Shown here: piece after piece, positions 28,543 to 39,601 of the stretch
How positions within the stretch are numbered: the stretch's first letter is position 1
Layout: each line of letters starts with the position of its first letter
Origin: an uncultured Fibrobacteria bacterium
GTDB lineage: Bacteria; Fibrobacterota; Fibrobacteria; UBA11236
Assembly: GCA_963716395.1 (NCBI GenBank)
Contig: OY970309.1
Span: 3,616,001 to 3,680,000, forward strand
Direction of reading: 5' to 3'
DNA length: 64,000 nt
The notes under the pieces: model-generated
The model's input: only the letters and a program-made list of their open reading frames with translations
Database searches by the model: none
Told to the model about the DNA's origin: nothing
Position numbers and translations under genes: made by a program

Positions 28543-29922
28543 TTACGCCGCCGAAGGAAAATCCAGCACCACCGTGGTGCCTTGGCCCGGCGTGCTGGTA
28601 AGGGTCACCATGCCCTGGTGCAATTCCACGATGGCCTTGACCAGGGCCAAGCCGATGCCGCTACCGGGGATGGAGTGCACCGCCGCCCCGCGATAAAAGG
28701 GCTGAAACACCTTCTGCTGTTCTTCGGGGGAAATGCCCAGGCCGCGATCCGCGCACTGCAACTGCAAGCGCGACCCGGTGCTGGCCAGGGTGATTTTGAT
28801 CGGTTCACCCGCCGGCGAATATTTCAGGGCGTTGTCGAGCACATTGGCCACGGCGCTGCGCAGTAAATCCCCGTTGCCGACCACCGACAGCCGCGCTTCA
28901 TCGTCAGGAAAATTGGCGAAAGCGACTTCGACCGTCCGCTGGGCATGGCGGCGCTTGGCCTCTTCCAGCGCAGAAAACAGGATTTCATCCAGGCGCTGCG
29001 GCTCCGAACGCCTTCCCGCCCAGCCCGATTCGGCGCGGGCCAGGAGCAACAGATTGTTGGTCGAACGTTTGAGTGCCCGCACATCGTCGTACACACTGGA
29101 GAGCAAGGTGCGGTATTCTTCGGTCGAACGTGGCTGCATCAAGGCGACTTCAAGCTGCCCTTCCACCGAGGTGAGCGGCGTGCGCAGCTCGTGCGAGGCG
29201 TTGGCAATGAATTGTCGTTGCGAGCGAAAGGCGGTTTCCAGGCGGTCGAGCATGCCGTTGAAGGCATGCGCCAGATGCGACAGTTCATCCTGCTGTGTGC
29301 CTTCTTCGATGCGCACGTGGAGATCCGAGGCCGAAACGCCCTCAGCCTGGCGCGTAATGCGTGCGATGGGTGCGATGGTCCGGCCGGCGAACCAACTGCC
29401 GAGCACATAGACCGCCAGCAAAGCCACCGGATAGCTGAGCAGGAGGCCGATGCGCAATTTGGCCAAGGTGCGCAATCCCACGATGTCTTGCGCGGCGATG
29501 GCGACGACATAGGTTTTGTCTTCGTCTTCGAAGCTCATGAACACCATTTGGGTGTCGCGCACCGTGCGCAAACGCAAACCGGCGGACAGGGCCGCGTCGC
29601 GATCGGCGGAGTCGAGTTGCACCGGGCGTTCGCCGGAATGGAAGGCCACCCGGTTCTGGAGGTCGAAGATGCCGACGCTTTCATGCGGCAGCTTGTTTAA
29701 CAGCTTGCGGCGAAAAGGCTGCAGGGCGCTTTCGCTCAAATTGTCGCTGCGCAAGACGATGGTGGCGGAAGCCACGGCGTCGGCGCGCAATTCGGAATAA
29801 AACTGGCGCGCGCGCAGAAATTTGGCATAGGCATAGGTCACCGTGCCGAAAATTCCGAGAATGAGAGCCACCAGCACGGTGAACCACAAGGCCAGGCGGG
29901 CCTTGAAGGTCAGCCGCTTCAT
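28543..29922 (-). CDS. Sensor histidine kinase (HAMP-HisKA-HATPase, CusS/CzcS-like)
   Basis: Two TM segments, ASHELRTPL, NVLDNALKYS, DRGLGI, GSGIGL. Confidence 0.92.
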   Translation of the reverse strand: MKRLTFKARLALWFTVLVALILGIFGTVTYAYAKFLRARQFYSELRADAVASATIVLRSDNLSESALQPFRRKLLNKLPHESVGIFDLQNRVAFHSGERPVQLDSADRDAALSAGLRLRTVRDTQMVFMSFEDEDKTYVVAIAAQDIVGLRTLAKLRIGLLLSYPVALLAVYVLGSWFAGRTIAPIARITRQAEGVSASDLHVRIEEGTQQDELSHLAHAFNGMLDRLETAFRSQRQFIANASHELRTPLTSVEGQLEVALMQPRSTEEYRTLLSSVYDDVRALKRSTNNLLLLARAESGWAGRRSEPQRLDEILFSALEEAKRRHAQRTVEVAFANFPDDEARLSVVGNGDLLRSAVANVLDNALKYSPAGEPIKITLASTGSRLQLQCADRGLGISPEEQQKVFQPFYRGAAVHSIPGSGIGLALVKAIVELHQGMVTLTSTPGQGTTVVLDFPSAA

Positions 29923-30617
29923 GCCGGCTTTTCGGAGTCGTCGTCGCGCAGCACGTAGCCCGCGCCAATCACGGTGTGGATCAGCTTGGGCTGGAAATCG
30001 CGATCGATTTTCTTGCGGAGAAAACTCACGTACACGTCGATGACGTTGCTTTCGGTGTCGAAACGAATGTCCCAAACGTGTTCGGCCAATTCGGTGCGCG
30101 GGATGACGCGCCGCCGGTGCCGCAGAAAATATTCCAGCAAAGCGAACTCTTTCGAAGTCAATTCGATGCGCCGGCCCGACCGAACCACTTGGCGGCTGTG
30201 CAGGTTCAAGGTGAGATCGGCGCAGGTCAGCACCGCCGTCTCGCCCCCGCGCGTCGCACCCGCGCGCCGGAACAGCGCCCGCAGGCGGGCCAGCAGCTCG
30301 CGAAATTCAAATGGTTTCACCAGGTAATCGTCGGCGCCCGCGTCCAGCCCCTGCAATTTGTCGTCGGTCGAATCGAGCGCGGTCAGCATGAGAATCGGCA
30401 TTTCGGGCACGCAACCACGCAAGGTGCGGCACACCGCGAACCCGCTTTTGTGCGGCAGCATGACATCGAGAATCACGGCGTCGTACTTCGAGGCCAGCGC
30501 CAGGCGTTCGCCTTCGGCGCCGTCGAGCGCGATATCCACCGAATACGCCTGTTCCTGCAATCCCTTCTTGATGAAGGAAGCCACTTTCTTTTCGTCTTCC
30601 ACCAGCAGGATTTTCAT
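29919..30617 (-). CDS. OmpR family response regulator (CusR/CzcR-like)
   Basis: ILLVEDE, ILDVMLP, GADDYLVKPF, LTSKEF.LL, NVIDVYV..LRKK. Confidence 0.93.
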   Translation of the reverse strand: MKILLVEDEKKVASFIKKGLQEQAYSVDIALDGAEGERLALASKYDAVILDVMLPHKSGFAVCRTLRGCVPEMPILMLTALDSTDDKLQGLDAGADDYLVKPFEFRELLARLRALFRRAGATRGGETAVLTCADLTLNLHSRQVVRSGRRIELTSKEFALLEYFLRHRRRVIPRTELAEHVWDIRFDTESNVIDVYVSFLRKKIDRDFQPKLIHTVIGAGYVLRDDDSEKPA

Positions 30618-30715
30618 GCCGCCTCCGCGCCCAAAAGCGGCACTAAGCTACAAAGCGCGCGCCCGGTGCGGCCGTTACCGGCGCCGTGAACTTCAGCGCC
30701 GACATTAAAATGCCA

Positions 30716-31816
30716 TTAAATACCGATCATGAGCCCGGCACTCAGCGACGGATATTTGGCAAAGTTATAATCGGCGTTCAGGTTGAAAACGAGGAGGTGC
30801 ATACCCAGTCCCAAGGTCAGTCGGGTGTCATTATCGCCCGCCAAATCAAAGCGGATATTCTCGGTTTGCTCTCCCGACGGAGTATTCACGTTCAGATCGT
30901 AATGGAAGGTCATGGTGCAGGTCTCGTACTGAAAGCCGGCATAGGGGGTGAGGTTGAACAGCCTCCCGCCCAAAGTTTTGCTCACGTCGATCCCATAGGC
31001 CGAAGTGTTGGCATCGAACAATTCCCCCACCTGCAAGTGTTGATAGAAATAGCCGAGACAGAAATCGATGGGCAGTTTGTTACCCAGCCACACCTCTGGA
31101 TTATGCTGGATGCCGAACCCGAAAAAATTCAAGCTGCCGACATCGGGAATGTCGAACGTGGGCAGCCAGCGCAGCGTCAAATTGGTGCCGAACACCGTTC
31201 CGATGCCGATTTGAGGCGCCAACAAAGGCAGGGGGTAGTTCTTGATTTTGTTCAGAATGCCGACCACCGGCAGCACCAAGGTGTCGGTGGGGATGGCGAT
31301 GGAATCGTTGGGCGACGACAGCCCGGTCGCCAGATTCCGGCCATTGTAAACCACGCGCACGCTATCGTTTCTCGACCCGATGACCGTGGGACCGTAGAAG
31401 CGCACGGTATTGTCGACCGTGGCCAGGTGGTTGGCCAGCGAATCCCGCACCGCCTGCTGCTGCGACGCGGGAATCGATGAGAAGTCGACCTGATTGAGAA
31501 GGCTGCGTGACTCCGAAGTGTCGAAGCGGAACGAACCCTGCACGTCGAAGGTTTGGGGGCCGTTCCCGAGCAGACTCCCCATCGCGATGGTGCCGGCTTC
31601 GAAGGTGAAACCGAATTTTACCGGTTGAGGCGCACGGTGGTACCAACCCGCATTGAGATCGGCCCCCAGGCCGGACACCACCGGCGCGACGTACTGTTTG
31701 GCCGCTTCCGTCGTCAGTTGCGTCATCTCGTCCGACAGACTGTTTCCGGCGCGCGCCGCTCCGGATCCGAGCAGGACAAACGCCGGTAACAACCGCCATC
31801 CAATTCCATTCCGCAT
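30716..31816 (-). CDS. Exported beta-barrel-like protein (DUF6588-like)
   Basis: Signal peptide; LNAGWY, PQIGIG...RWLP, GFGIQH; alternating beta-strand C-terminus; family recalled, not searched. Confidence 0.6.
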   Translation of the reverse strand: MRNGIGWRLLPAFVLLGSGAARAGNSLSDEMTQLTTEAAKQYVAPVVSGLGADLNAGWYHRAPQPVKFGFTFEAGTIAMGSLLGNGPQTFDVQGSFRFDTSESRSLLNQVDFSSIPASQQQAVRDSLANHLATVDNTVRFYGPTVIGSRNDSVRVVYNGRNLATGLSSPNDSIAIPTDTLVLPVVGILNKIKNYPLPLLAPQIGIGTVFGTNLTLRWLPTFDIPDVGSLNFFGFGIQHNPEVWLGNKLPIDFCLGYFYQHLQVGELFDANTSAYGIDVSKTLGGRLFNLTPYAGFQYETCTMTFHYDLNVNTPSGEQTENIRFDLAGDNDTRLTLGLGMHLLVFNLNADYNFAKYPSLSAGLMIGI

Positions 31817-31973
31817 GGGGCTTCCTTGGTTCCGCCGGATCGCGCCGGCGCTGGGTGGAAAAAGTCGGCTTATTCTAACATGAGACCGGGTGCAGAGCAA
31901 TAATCCTCCCGCCCGGGCCGAGGCGCAAGGCACGCCTTGCCCGAGGAAGAGCGGTTTTTACATTCCCGCGGTT

Positions 31974-32690
31974 ATGGGAAGAATTCTCTGTGTGACAGGA
32001 ACCGGCACCGAGGCCGGCAAAACCGCCCTGGCGCTGGCCGTGCTCCTCTGGGCTCGCAGCCGGGGCCTGCGCGCGGGTTATGTCAAATTGGTGCAATGCG
32101 GATCACGGCGGCCCGAAAGCGAACCGTTTCTAGGCGACGCGGATTGGATTGCGGCCGCGGTGTCACAGGCGGTGGAAACCGAAGCCGTGTACACCTTTCC
32201 CGATCCGGTATCGCCGCATTTGGCCGCCGAGCGCGCCGGCGCGTGGATCGATCCCGATTGGCTGGTGGAGCAAGCCACCGTGGCGGCCCGACGCTGCGAT
32301 ATGCTGGTGGTGGAAGGCGCGGGGGGCGCGGCCGCTCCCTTTCGCCGCGAGGGGCTGTCGCTGGCCGACGTGGCGGCCATGGGCCAATGGCCCTGCCTCA
32401 TCGCCTGTCCGCCGGGGCTCGGCACCTTGCATCTGACGCGCTCGACCGCGCATTTTCTCTCCGCGCACGGGGCGCCGATGGCCGGCTTCGCCATGTGCCA
32501 GCTCAGCCCCGAGATTTCGCATGTGCAGACCGACAACCGCGACACCCTGACCGCGCTGTTGCAGGTTCCCTGCGTGGGGCTTTTGCCGTATTGCCCGGGT
32601 CTGGACAGGCGCCTGCCGCTGCCGCCGGCCATGGCGGCATTTTTCGTACAGGCCATGTCCACCGGATTGGCGCAATGGTGGGAGCAATGA
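31974..32690 (+). CDS. bioD: Dethiobiotin synthase
   Basis: VTGTGTEAGKT, KLVQCG, PVSPHLAA, VEGAGG, LGTL. Confidence 0.88.
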   Translation: MGRILCVTGTGTEAGKTALALAVLLWARSRGLRAGYVKLVQCGSRRPESEPFLGDADWIAAAVSQAVETEAVYTFPDPVSPHLAAERAGAWIDPDWLVEQATVAARRCDMLVVEGAGGAAAPFRREGLSLADVAAMGQWPCLIACPPGLGTLHLTRSTAHFLSAHGAPMAGFAMCQLSPEISHVQTDNRDTLTALLQVPCVGLLPYCPGLDRRLPLPPAMAAFFVQAMSTGLAQWWEQ

Positions 32691-33862
32691 ACGCCTTCTC
32701 CGACGCCCTGGAACAACGCCGCGCGCAAGGGCTGTGGCGTGACTTGACCCCGCTCTTGCACGCACCTGGTAAATACGTCGTGCGCACAGGCGTGACCTGT
32801 CTGAACTGCGCCTCCAACAATTACCTCGACCTGGCCGGACATCCCGCCTTGCGGGCCAAGGCCGCGGAGGCGTTGGAAGAAGCCGGCACCGGCAGCGGCG
32901 GATCGCGCCTGTTGGGCGGCAATCTTCCCCTGCACGAGCAACTCGAAGCGGCGGTGGCGCGTTACCGGCCCATGGGCCGCGCCCTGCTATTCAACTCGGG
33001 ATTTCAGGCCAACCAGACGGCGGTGTCAGCGTTGGGCGATGCCTTGGGCGGCGTGTTCGCCGACAAACTGGCCCATGCCAGCGTGGCCGAAGGCCTGCGC
33101 AGCCTGTCCGCGCCCTTCCACCGCTTTCGCCACAACGATATGAACCATCTCGAAGCCCTGTTGCAAAAACGCCAGCCGGCGGCGGGCGGGCTGGTAGTCA
33201 CCGAAACCCTGTTCAGCATGGACGGCGACTTCGCGCCCCTGGCCGAATTGGTTGAGTTACAGCGGCGTTACGGGTTCTGGCTCTACCTCGACGAAGCCCA
33301 TTCCACCGGCTGCTATTCCGATTTGCATCTGCAAGGCTTTCAGGGTCAGCCGGATCGGGTGGTGCTGATGGGCACCTTCGGCAAAGCCCTCGGCGGTTTC
33401 GGGGCTTATGTGGTCGGACCTTCCGAAGCCATCGATTTCCTGATCAATTTCGGCCCCGGCTTCATCTTCAGCACGGCCCTGCCGCCCGCCGTGCTTGGGT
33501 CGAATCTCGCGGCCCTGGAATTGGTGCAAAGCCAAGAAGAAGCCTGGCGGCCCGAACGGTTGCATGCGGTGGCGTCCTTGGCCCGCGCAGAATTCCGCCG
33601 CCGCGGTTTCGATCTCGGCTCGGCCGCGGGCCACATTCTGCCGGTGCGCCTGGGCACGCCCGAGCGCGCGGCCCAGGTCGCGGCCCGGCTATTCGACGCA
33701 GGCATTCACGCCCCGGCCGTGCGCCCGCCCACGGTGCCGGCCGGAACCTCGCGGTTACGGGTGAATTTGAGCGCGGCCTTTGTCGACGAAGAAGTAATGC
33801 GGCTCGCCGACGCCTTGGAACAAATCCTGCGCGAGCTCGACGCTGGGGAAACACCCGCGTGA
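32687..33862 (+). CDS. bioF: 8-amino-7-oxononanoate synthase
   Basis: SNNYLDL, GSGGSRL, FSMDGD, DEAHS, GTFGKALG, RPPTVP; ATGA overlap with bioD. Confidence 0.92.
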   Translation: MNAFSDALEQRRAQGLWRDLTPLLHAPGKYVVRTGVTCLNCASNNYLDLAGHPALRAKAAEALEEAGTGSGGSRLLGGNLPLHEQLEAAVARYRPMGRALLFNSGFQANQTAVSALGDALGGVFADKLAHASVAEGLRSLSAPFHRFRHNDMNHLEALLQKRQPAAGGLVVTETLFSMDGDFAPLAELVELQRRYGFWLYLDEAHSTGCYSDLHLQGFQGQPDRVVLMGTFGKALGGFGAYVVGPSEAIDFLINFGPGFIFSTALPPAVLGSNLAALELVQSQEEAWRPERLHAVASLARAEFRRRGFDLGSAAGHILPVRLGTPERAAQVAARLFDAGIHAPAVRPPTVPAGTSRLRVNLSAAFVDEEVMRLADALEQILRELDAGETPA

Positions 33863-34536
33863 CCCCGGTCGTGCACTGGCTGGGGGGCTGGGCCTCTTCG
33901 CTGCGCTGCTGGGAACCGCAATTGCGCGAACTCTATCCCGGCTGCGAACACCGCTTCGTCGACGCCCATGCCGCGCTCCGCCAAACGCCGGCGGATTTGG
34001 GTTGGCTAGAACTGCCGCCGGGCCATGCGGTGACGGCCTGGTCCATGGGTTCGCTGGTGGCGCATCGTTGGATGGCCGCAGGGCATTGGCCGTACGGCCT
34101 GCCGCTGCTTTCGCAGGCCCCGATTTTCGACTTCACAGCCGGCGGCTACGGCGAACCCACCGTGTTGCGCATGGAAGAAAAACTCGCGCGCGAACGCGAA
34201 GCCGTGCTGCGCGATTTCTGGCGGCGCATGCCGCGCGCGCGGGAAATTCCCGCGGCCTGGGAAGAGGCCTGGATTGCCTTCACGCGCGATTATGCCCACG
34301 AAGAATTATCGGATGGTCTGAAGTTTTTGCGACAGACCCGCATCGACCCGGAGGAATTGCGCCCGCCGGCGCGCTGGGAAATCGTGGTCGGCGAGAATGA
34401 CCGGCTCGCACCGCCGGGCGAGTGGACGGCGCATTTGCCGGCGGGGACGGGCCTGCACCACTATCCCGGCGGCCATCTGCCGTTTTGGGAAGCCCCGGAT
34501 TTGGTGCGTGATTGTCTGCAGCGACTGACGGCCTAG
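33859..34536 (+). CDS. Alpha/beta hydrolase, probable pimeloyl-ACP methyl ester esterase (BioH-like)
   Basis: GGW oxyanion segment, AWSMG nucleophile, GEND, GHLPF; GTGA overlap with bioF. Confidence 0.72.
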   Translation: MTPVVHWLGGWASSLRCWEPQLRELYPGCEHRFVDAHAALRQTPADLGWLELPPGHAVTAWSMGSLVAHRWMAAGHWPYGLPLLSQAPIFDFTAGGYGEPTVLRMEEKLAREREAVLRDFWRRMPRAREIPAAWEEAWIAFTRDYAHEELSDGLKFLRQTRIDPEELRPPARWEIVVGENDRLAPPGEWTAHLPAGTGLHHYPGGHLPFWEAPDLVRDCLQRLTA

Positions 34537-34571
34537 ACGCTATCTCCCTCCACCTTTATCGGACAGCCGCC

Positions 34572-34614
34572 GCGCCCTTCGACCGGTTCGACAGGCTCAC
34601 CGACCGAAGGGCGC
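34572..34614. repeat. REP-like inverted repeat
   Basis: GCGCCCTTCG...CGAAGGGCGC arms enclosing GGTTCGACAGGCTCACCGAC. Confidence 0.5.
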
Positions 34615-34850
34615 AGCGTGTAAGCCCGGTTCCCCTTGTCGCGGGCGGTCGAACCTGCCGGCTGAATCGGCCAACTTCGTTTTCCTACCGCCCAATGACG
34701 GAAAGTATTTCTCGCCAACCGCCATCCCCTGCACTTCCCCGGAACCACGGCCCCGTCGCATCCCAATCCCAAACGATGACCCTCTTCCAGACCGCGGTGG
34801 GATTCGAGCCGGACGGTGGCGAGCTACATTTTCCCTTTTGCCGAACGCCT

Positions 34851-35255
34851 ATGCCCGGAACTTCCCAAGCCGTCACCAATGGACAGGAGCTGCAAAAGGC
34901 CGTGATGGCAACCGCCGCGGCGCTGGGGTTGGGCGTCGCGGCCGAGGTCAAGGTGGGCCGCCGCATTTGGGGCGCGCAGCGCTACATCGACGTGGTGGTG
35001 ACCGAACCGTCCGCCTTCGGCGGAAAGCGCAAGCTGGGTTTGGAATGCAAGTACCAAGGTACAGCCGGTACGGCCGAAGAAAAAATTCCCGCGACGCTCT
35101 CAGACATCAAAGCCTGGCCCATCCGCGGCCTGGTGGTGTTCGCCGGACCCGGATTCTCGCACAACATGCGCGGCTATCTGATCTCCACCGGGGCGGCGGT
35201 AGAGTTCGATGACTTGGCGGATTGGCTCAAACTTTATTTTTCCGTGGAAGCATGA
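34851..35255 (+). CDS. Small PD-(D/E)XK nuclease superfamily protein
   Basis: GQELQ, YIDVVV, LECKYQ..GTAEEK motif arrangement. Confidence 0.72.
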   Translation: MPGTSQAVTNGQELQKAVMATAAALGLGVAAEVKVGRRIWGAQRYIDVVVTEPSAFGGKRKLGLECKYQGTAGTAEEKIPATLSDIKAWPIRGLVVFAGPGFSHNMRGYLISTGAAVEFDDLADWLKLYFSVEA

Positions 35256-36088
35256 TTCGAGTTGCCGCGCCGCCGCTCATGCGGCCCAAACCGTTTTTGA
35301 AATGGGCCGGAGGCAAGCGCCAGTTGCTCGACACTTTACTGCAAGGCCTACCCGAATTCGACGCCTACCATGAACCCTTTCTCGGCGGCGGCGCCTTGTT
35401 TTTCGAACTCGCGGCGCGCGGCCGCATCCGGCGCGCCACTCTTTCCGATTTGAATCCGGAATTGATCCACGCTTACGTCGCCGTACAAAACCAGGTCGAA
35501 AAATTAATCGTTGCCTTGCGCCGGCATGCGCACAAGCATAGTGAAGCCCATTTTTACCAGGTACGCGACCGCAACCCCAACCGCCTGCAACCGGTCGCGC
35601 GCGCGGCGCGCCTCATCTACCTCAACAAAACCTGCTACAACGGCTTGTACCGCGTGAATTCGCAAGGCGGTTTCAACGTGCCATTCGGACGTTACCAGAA
35701 TCCTTTGATTTGCGACGCCGAAAACCTGCGCGCCTGCTCCCGCGTCCTGCAAGGGGTAACCTTGGAATGTCGTGCGTTCGAAACTGTGCGGGACATCGCG
35801 CGCAAGGACGATCTCGTGTATTTCGATCCCCCCTATTATCCCGTGTCGAAAACCGCGAACTTCGCGGCCTATGAAAAAAGCGGCTTCGGCGCCGACGCGC
35901 ATCAACGGCTGAAAGCGACCTTCGACCTGCTGGCGCAACGCGGATGTTACGTGCTGCTTTCCAATTCGCATTGCGCCTTCACGTGCGCGTTGTTCCCGGG
36001 CGCGAAAACCGTGCGCGCCAACCGCGCCGTGAATTCCCAAGGGGCGGGACGCGGTCCGGTGAACGAAATTCTCCTGCGGAATTTTTGA
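35252..36088 (+). CDS. Dam-family (D12 class) DNA adenine methyltransferase
   Basis: LKWAGGK, EPFLGGGA, YLNKTCYNGLYRVN..G.FNVPFG, YFDPPY, LLSNS; ATGA overlap with nuclease. Confidence 0.93.
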   Translation: MIRVAAPPLMRPKPFLKWAGGKRQLLDTLLQGLPEFDAYHEPFLGGGALFFELAARGRIRRATLSDLNPELIHAYVAVQNQVEKLIVALRRHAHKHSEAHFYQVRDRNPNRLQPVARAARLIYLNKTCYNGLYRVNSQGGFNVPFGRYQNPLICDAENLRACSRVLQGVTLECRAFETVRDIARKDDLVYFDPPYYPVSKTANFAAYEKSGFGADAHQRLKATFDLLAQRGCYVLLSNSHCAFTCALFPGAKTVRANRAVNSQGAGRGPVNEILLRNF

Positions 36089-36903
36089 AGGAGCCGGCCA
36101 CGCCCTCGTTCCACGCCCTCCGCTTCGGCCGCGCCGCCGCCGGCTACGAAGACGCGGCGCATATCCAAGCGCGCATGGCGGACAAACTTTCCGCCTTAGG
36201 CGGACTCGGCGACAGCGGCGCGCCCTTCCGCATCTTGGAATTCGGGTGCGGTACGGGATTGTTGACCCGGCGCCTACGGCAACGCTTTCCCGCGGCGGCG
36301 CTGCTCGCCACCGACGCTTCCGCAGCCATGCTGACCCAAGCCCGGCAAAACGCTTCGGTTCTCCCCTCGCCCCTGCTCGCCTTTGTGTTGCAGGACGCAT
36401 CGGGAGCCAGGCCTCCGACGCCGGAGGTGCAGCGTCAGGCGCCGGTGGATCTCGCCGCCTCCAACGCCCTGGTGCAATGGCTGCCCGATTTGAGCCGGCA
36501 CCTGGATTGGGTGGCCGGCCTGTGCGCGCCGCACGGCCACTATCTCGTTTCCGGATTTAGCCGCGACAATTTTAACGAATTGAATTCCTGCCTGTCCCGA
36601 CCGCCGTTTTCCTACCGCGAATTCCCCGGCCACGATCCGGAAGAGGTGCGGCGGGCCGCGACGGAAGCGGGGTGGCAGGTAGCCAGTTTCGAGGCCTGGG
36701 AAGAAATCGAAATTGTGGCCTCGCCTCTCGCAGCCCTGCGCCGCATCCAACGGCTCGGGTCAACGCGCGATCCACACACGGGCGGCCGCCTGACGCGCCG
36801 CAATCTGAAGAGCTTGCTCGCCGACTATGCCGATCGCTTTTCCGCCCCCGGCGGCGTCTCGCTGACCTGGCGGCCCTGGGTCGCCCACCTGCAACGCGGA
36901 TAA
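36085..36903 (+). CDS. bioC: Malonyl-ACP O-methyltransferase BioC-like
   Basis: FGRAAAGYEDAAHIQ, ILEFGCGTG, SNALVQW; TTG start overlapping the methylase TGA. Confidence 0.8.
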   Translation: MKEPATPSFHALRFGRAAAGYEDAAHIQARMADKLSALGGLGDSGAPFRILEFGCGTGLLTRRLRQRFPAAALLATDASAAMLTQARQNASVLPSPLLAFVLQDASGARPPTPEVQRQAPVDLAASNALVQWLPDLSRHLDWVAGLCAPHGHYLVSGFSRDNFNELNSCLSRPPFSYREFPGHDPEEVRRAATEAGWQVASFEAWEEIEIVASPLAALRRIQRLGSTRDPHTGGRLTRRNLKSLLADYADRFSAPGGVSLTWRPWVAHLQRG

Positions 36904-36913
36904 CCTTCCCGCG

Positions 36914-37858
<945 letters not shown>

Positions 37859-37862
<4 letters not shown>

Positions 37863-38677
37863 GACGCACTCCTTTTTTTTCGGGCCCCGGCCGGGCCCGA
37901 CAATAAATAGTTGATGCCGATCAAAGTCAAGTCGGGCTCGAAGCGCTGGATGGCCCGCGTGCGGCCGCGCAGCCAATCGGCCAAGCCTCCGGTGGCCAGC
38001 ACGGTGGCCCGCGGGCCCAAGTCGCACTCGCGCCGCACCTCGGCGAGCAGCCGCTCGATCATACCCACGGTGCCATGCAAGATGCCGATGCGCAAGGCGT
38101 CATCGGTGTTGCGGCCCACCGCGCCTTCGGGCCAGCGCAATTCCGCTTCGGTGAGCTTGGCCGCATTCTGCACCAACGACCGCATCGACGTCTGGATGCC
38201 GGGGCAAATGATTCCGCCGAAATAGGCGTGGTCGGCGAAAACGTCGAAGGTGGTGGCCGTGCCGAAGTCGATGACCACGCCGGCCTTGATTCCCAGGGCT
38301 TCGGCGCCGAGCACGTTGGCCAGCCGGTCGGCCCCGATTTGCCGGGGTACTTCGTAGTCGAGACGCAATCCGCGGCAATGGCGGTAGTCGAGGAGTTGCG
38401 GTTCCGCCCCGAACACTTCGCGCAGGCCCGCCAACCAGGAGGGATCCAAAGCCGGAACCACCGAGGCCAGGCCGGCCGCGCCCACGCGGCGCATTTCGGG
38501 AGCCGCCAACCCGCGCAGCCAGAGGGCGATTTCGTCGACCGTGGCGTCGGGCCGCGTGGCGAAGCGCCAGCGTTTGCGGATGGCCGCGCCGCGGAACAGG
38601 CCCAGCACGGTTTGCGTGTTGCCGATATCCACCGCCAGGCGGAAATCGCCGGTGACCTTGGAGTTACGCCCGGCCAT
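37859..38677 (-). CDS. coaX: Type III pantothenate kinase
   Basis: [38 protein letters not shown]. Confidence 0.92.
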
Positions 38678-39575
38678 GCCGCCCCGCTGGCGATTCCGCC
38701 GCCGCCCCGATTTTGAGCGACAGGTCCAAGGCCGGCGCGCTATGCGTCATGGCCCCCACCGAAATCGCCTGCAAGCCGATGCCCCGCAGCTTGCGCACGC
38801 GATCCAAATCCATGCCCCCGCTGGCTTCGAGGCGCAACTGCGGCGCGGCTGCGCGCGCGCGTTGCACGGCCCGGCGCAAATCGGCGTCGCTGAAATTGTC
38901 GAGCAAAACCGTGTCGAGGGGCGCATCCAGCAAGGTTTCCAACTCGGCGAGATTGCGCACTTCGGCTTCGATGGGATAGGTGCGGCTGTAGCGCTTCACC
39001 ACCCGATCCACGGCGGCGCGCACCGATCCGCAGGCCGCGGCGTGGTTGTCTTTGATCAAAACCTGATCAAACAAACCCCGGCGATGGTTGGCGCCCCCGC
39101 CCACGGCCACGGCGTACTTTTCCAGCGCCCGGTAGCCGGGCAAGGTCTTGCGCGTGTCGAGCACCTGGGTCGCGGTGCCGGCCACGGCTTCGGCGAAGCG
39201 GTGGGCGGCAGTGGCGATGCCGCACAGGTGCTGGAGGAAATTCAGCAGAATGCGTTCGCACACCAGGATTCCCCGCGTTTCGCCTTCGAAGCGCGCCAAC
39301 ACTTCGCCCGGATGAATGGCGTCGCCCTCGGCCGCCCGCCATTCCACCCGCGGGGCCAAGCCGCGAAAGCGGAACACGGCTTCGACCAACGGGGCTCCGG
39401 CCAAAACACCCTCCGCCTTGCACAGCAACGTGGCATAGCTGCGGTGCTGCGGATCGATGGTGGCTTCCGACGTCACGTCGCCCGCGCCTTCATCTTCGGC
39501 GAAAGCCAGGGGCAGCAAAGCCTGCAGGGCCTTCATGGGAAACAAGGGAAGGGAGCGGTCCGTCGCTGAAGACAT
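38664..39575 (-). CDS. nadC: Nicotinate-nucleotide diphosphorylase (carboxylating)
   Basis: ED...GDVTS, ER..LN, DTRKTLPG, HRRGL, IKDNH, LLDN, EASGG. Confidence 0.93.
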   Translation of the reverse strand: MSSATDRSLPLFPMKALQALLPLAFAEDEGAGDVTSEATIDPQHRSYATLLCKAEGVLAGAPLVEAVFRFRGLAPRVEWRAAEGDAIHPGEVLARFEGETRGILVCERILLNFLQHLCGIATAAHRFAEAVAGTATQVLDTRKTLPGYRALEKYAVAVGGGANHRRGLFDQVLIKDNHAAACGSVRAAVDRVVKRYSRTYPIEAEVRNLAELETLLDAPLDTVLLDNFSDADLRRAVQRARAAAPQLRLEASGGMDLDRVRKLRGIGLQAISVGAMTHSAPALDLSLKIGAAAESPAGRHGRA

Positions 39576-39601
39576 GTTTATTTCGCCGGGACCGGCACTC
39601 C

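Noticed and set aside
31937-32686. Apparent 641-aa BioF with long N-terminal extension (possible bioD-bioF fusion)
   Set aside because: The extension is an alternate frame over bioD; bioF has its own ATG overlapping the bioD stop
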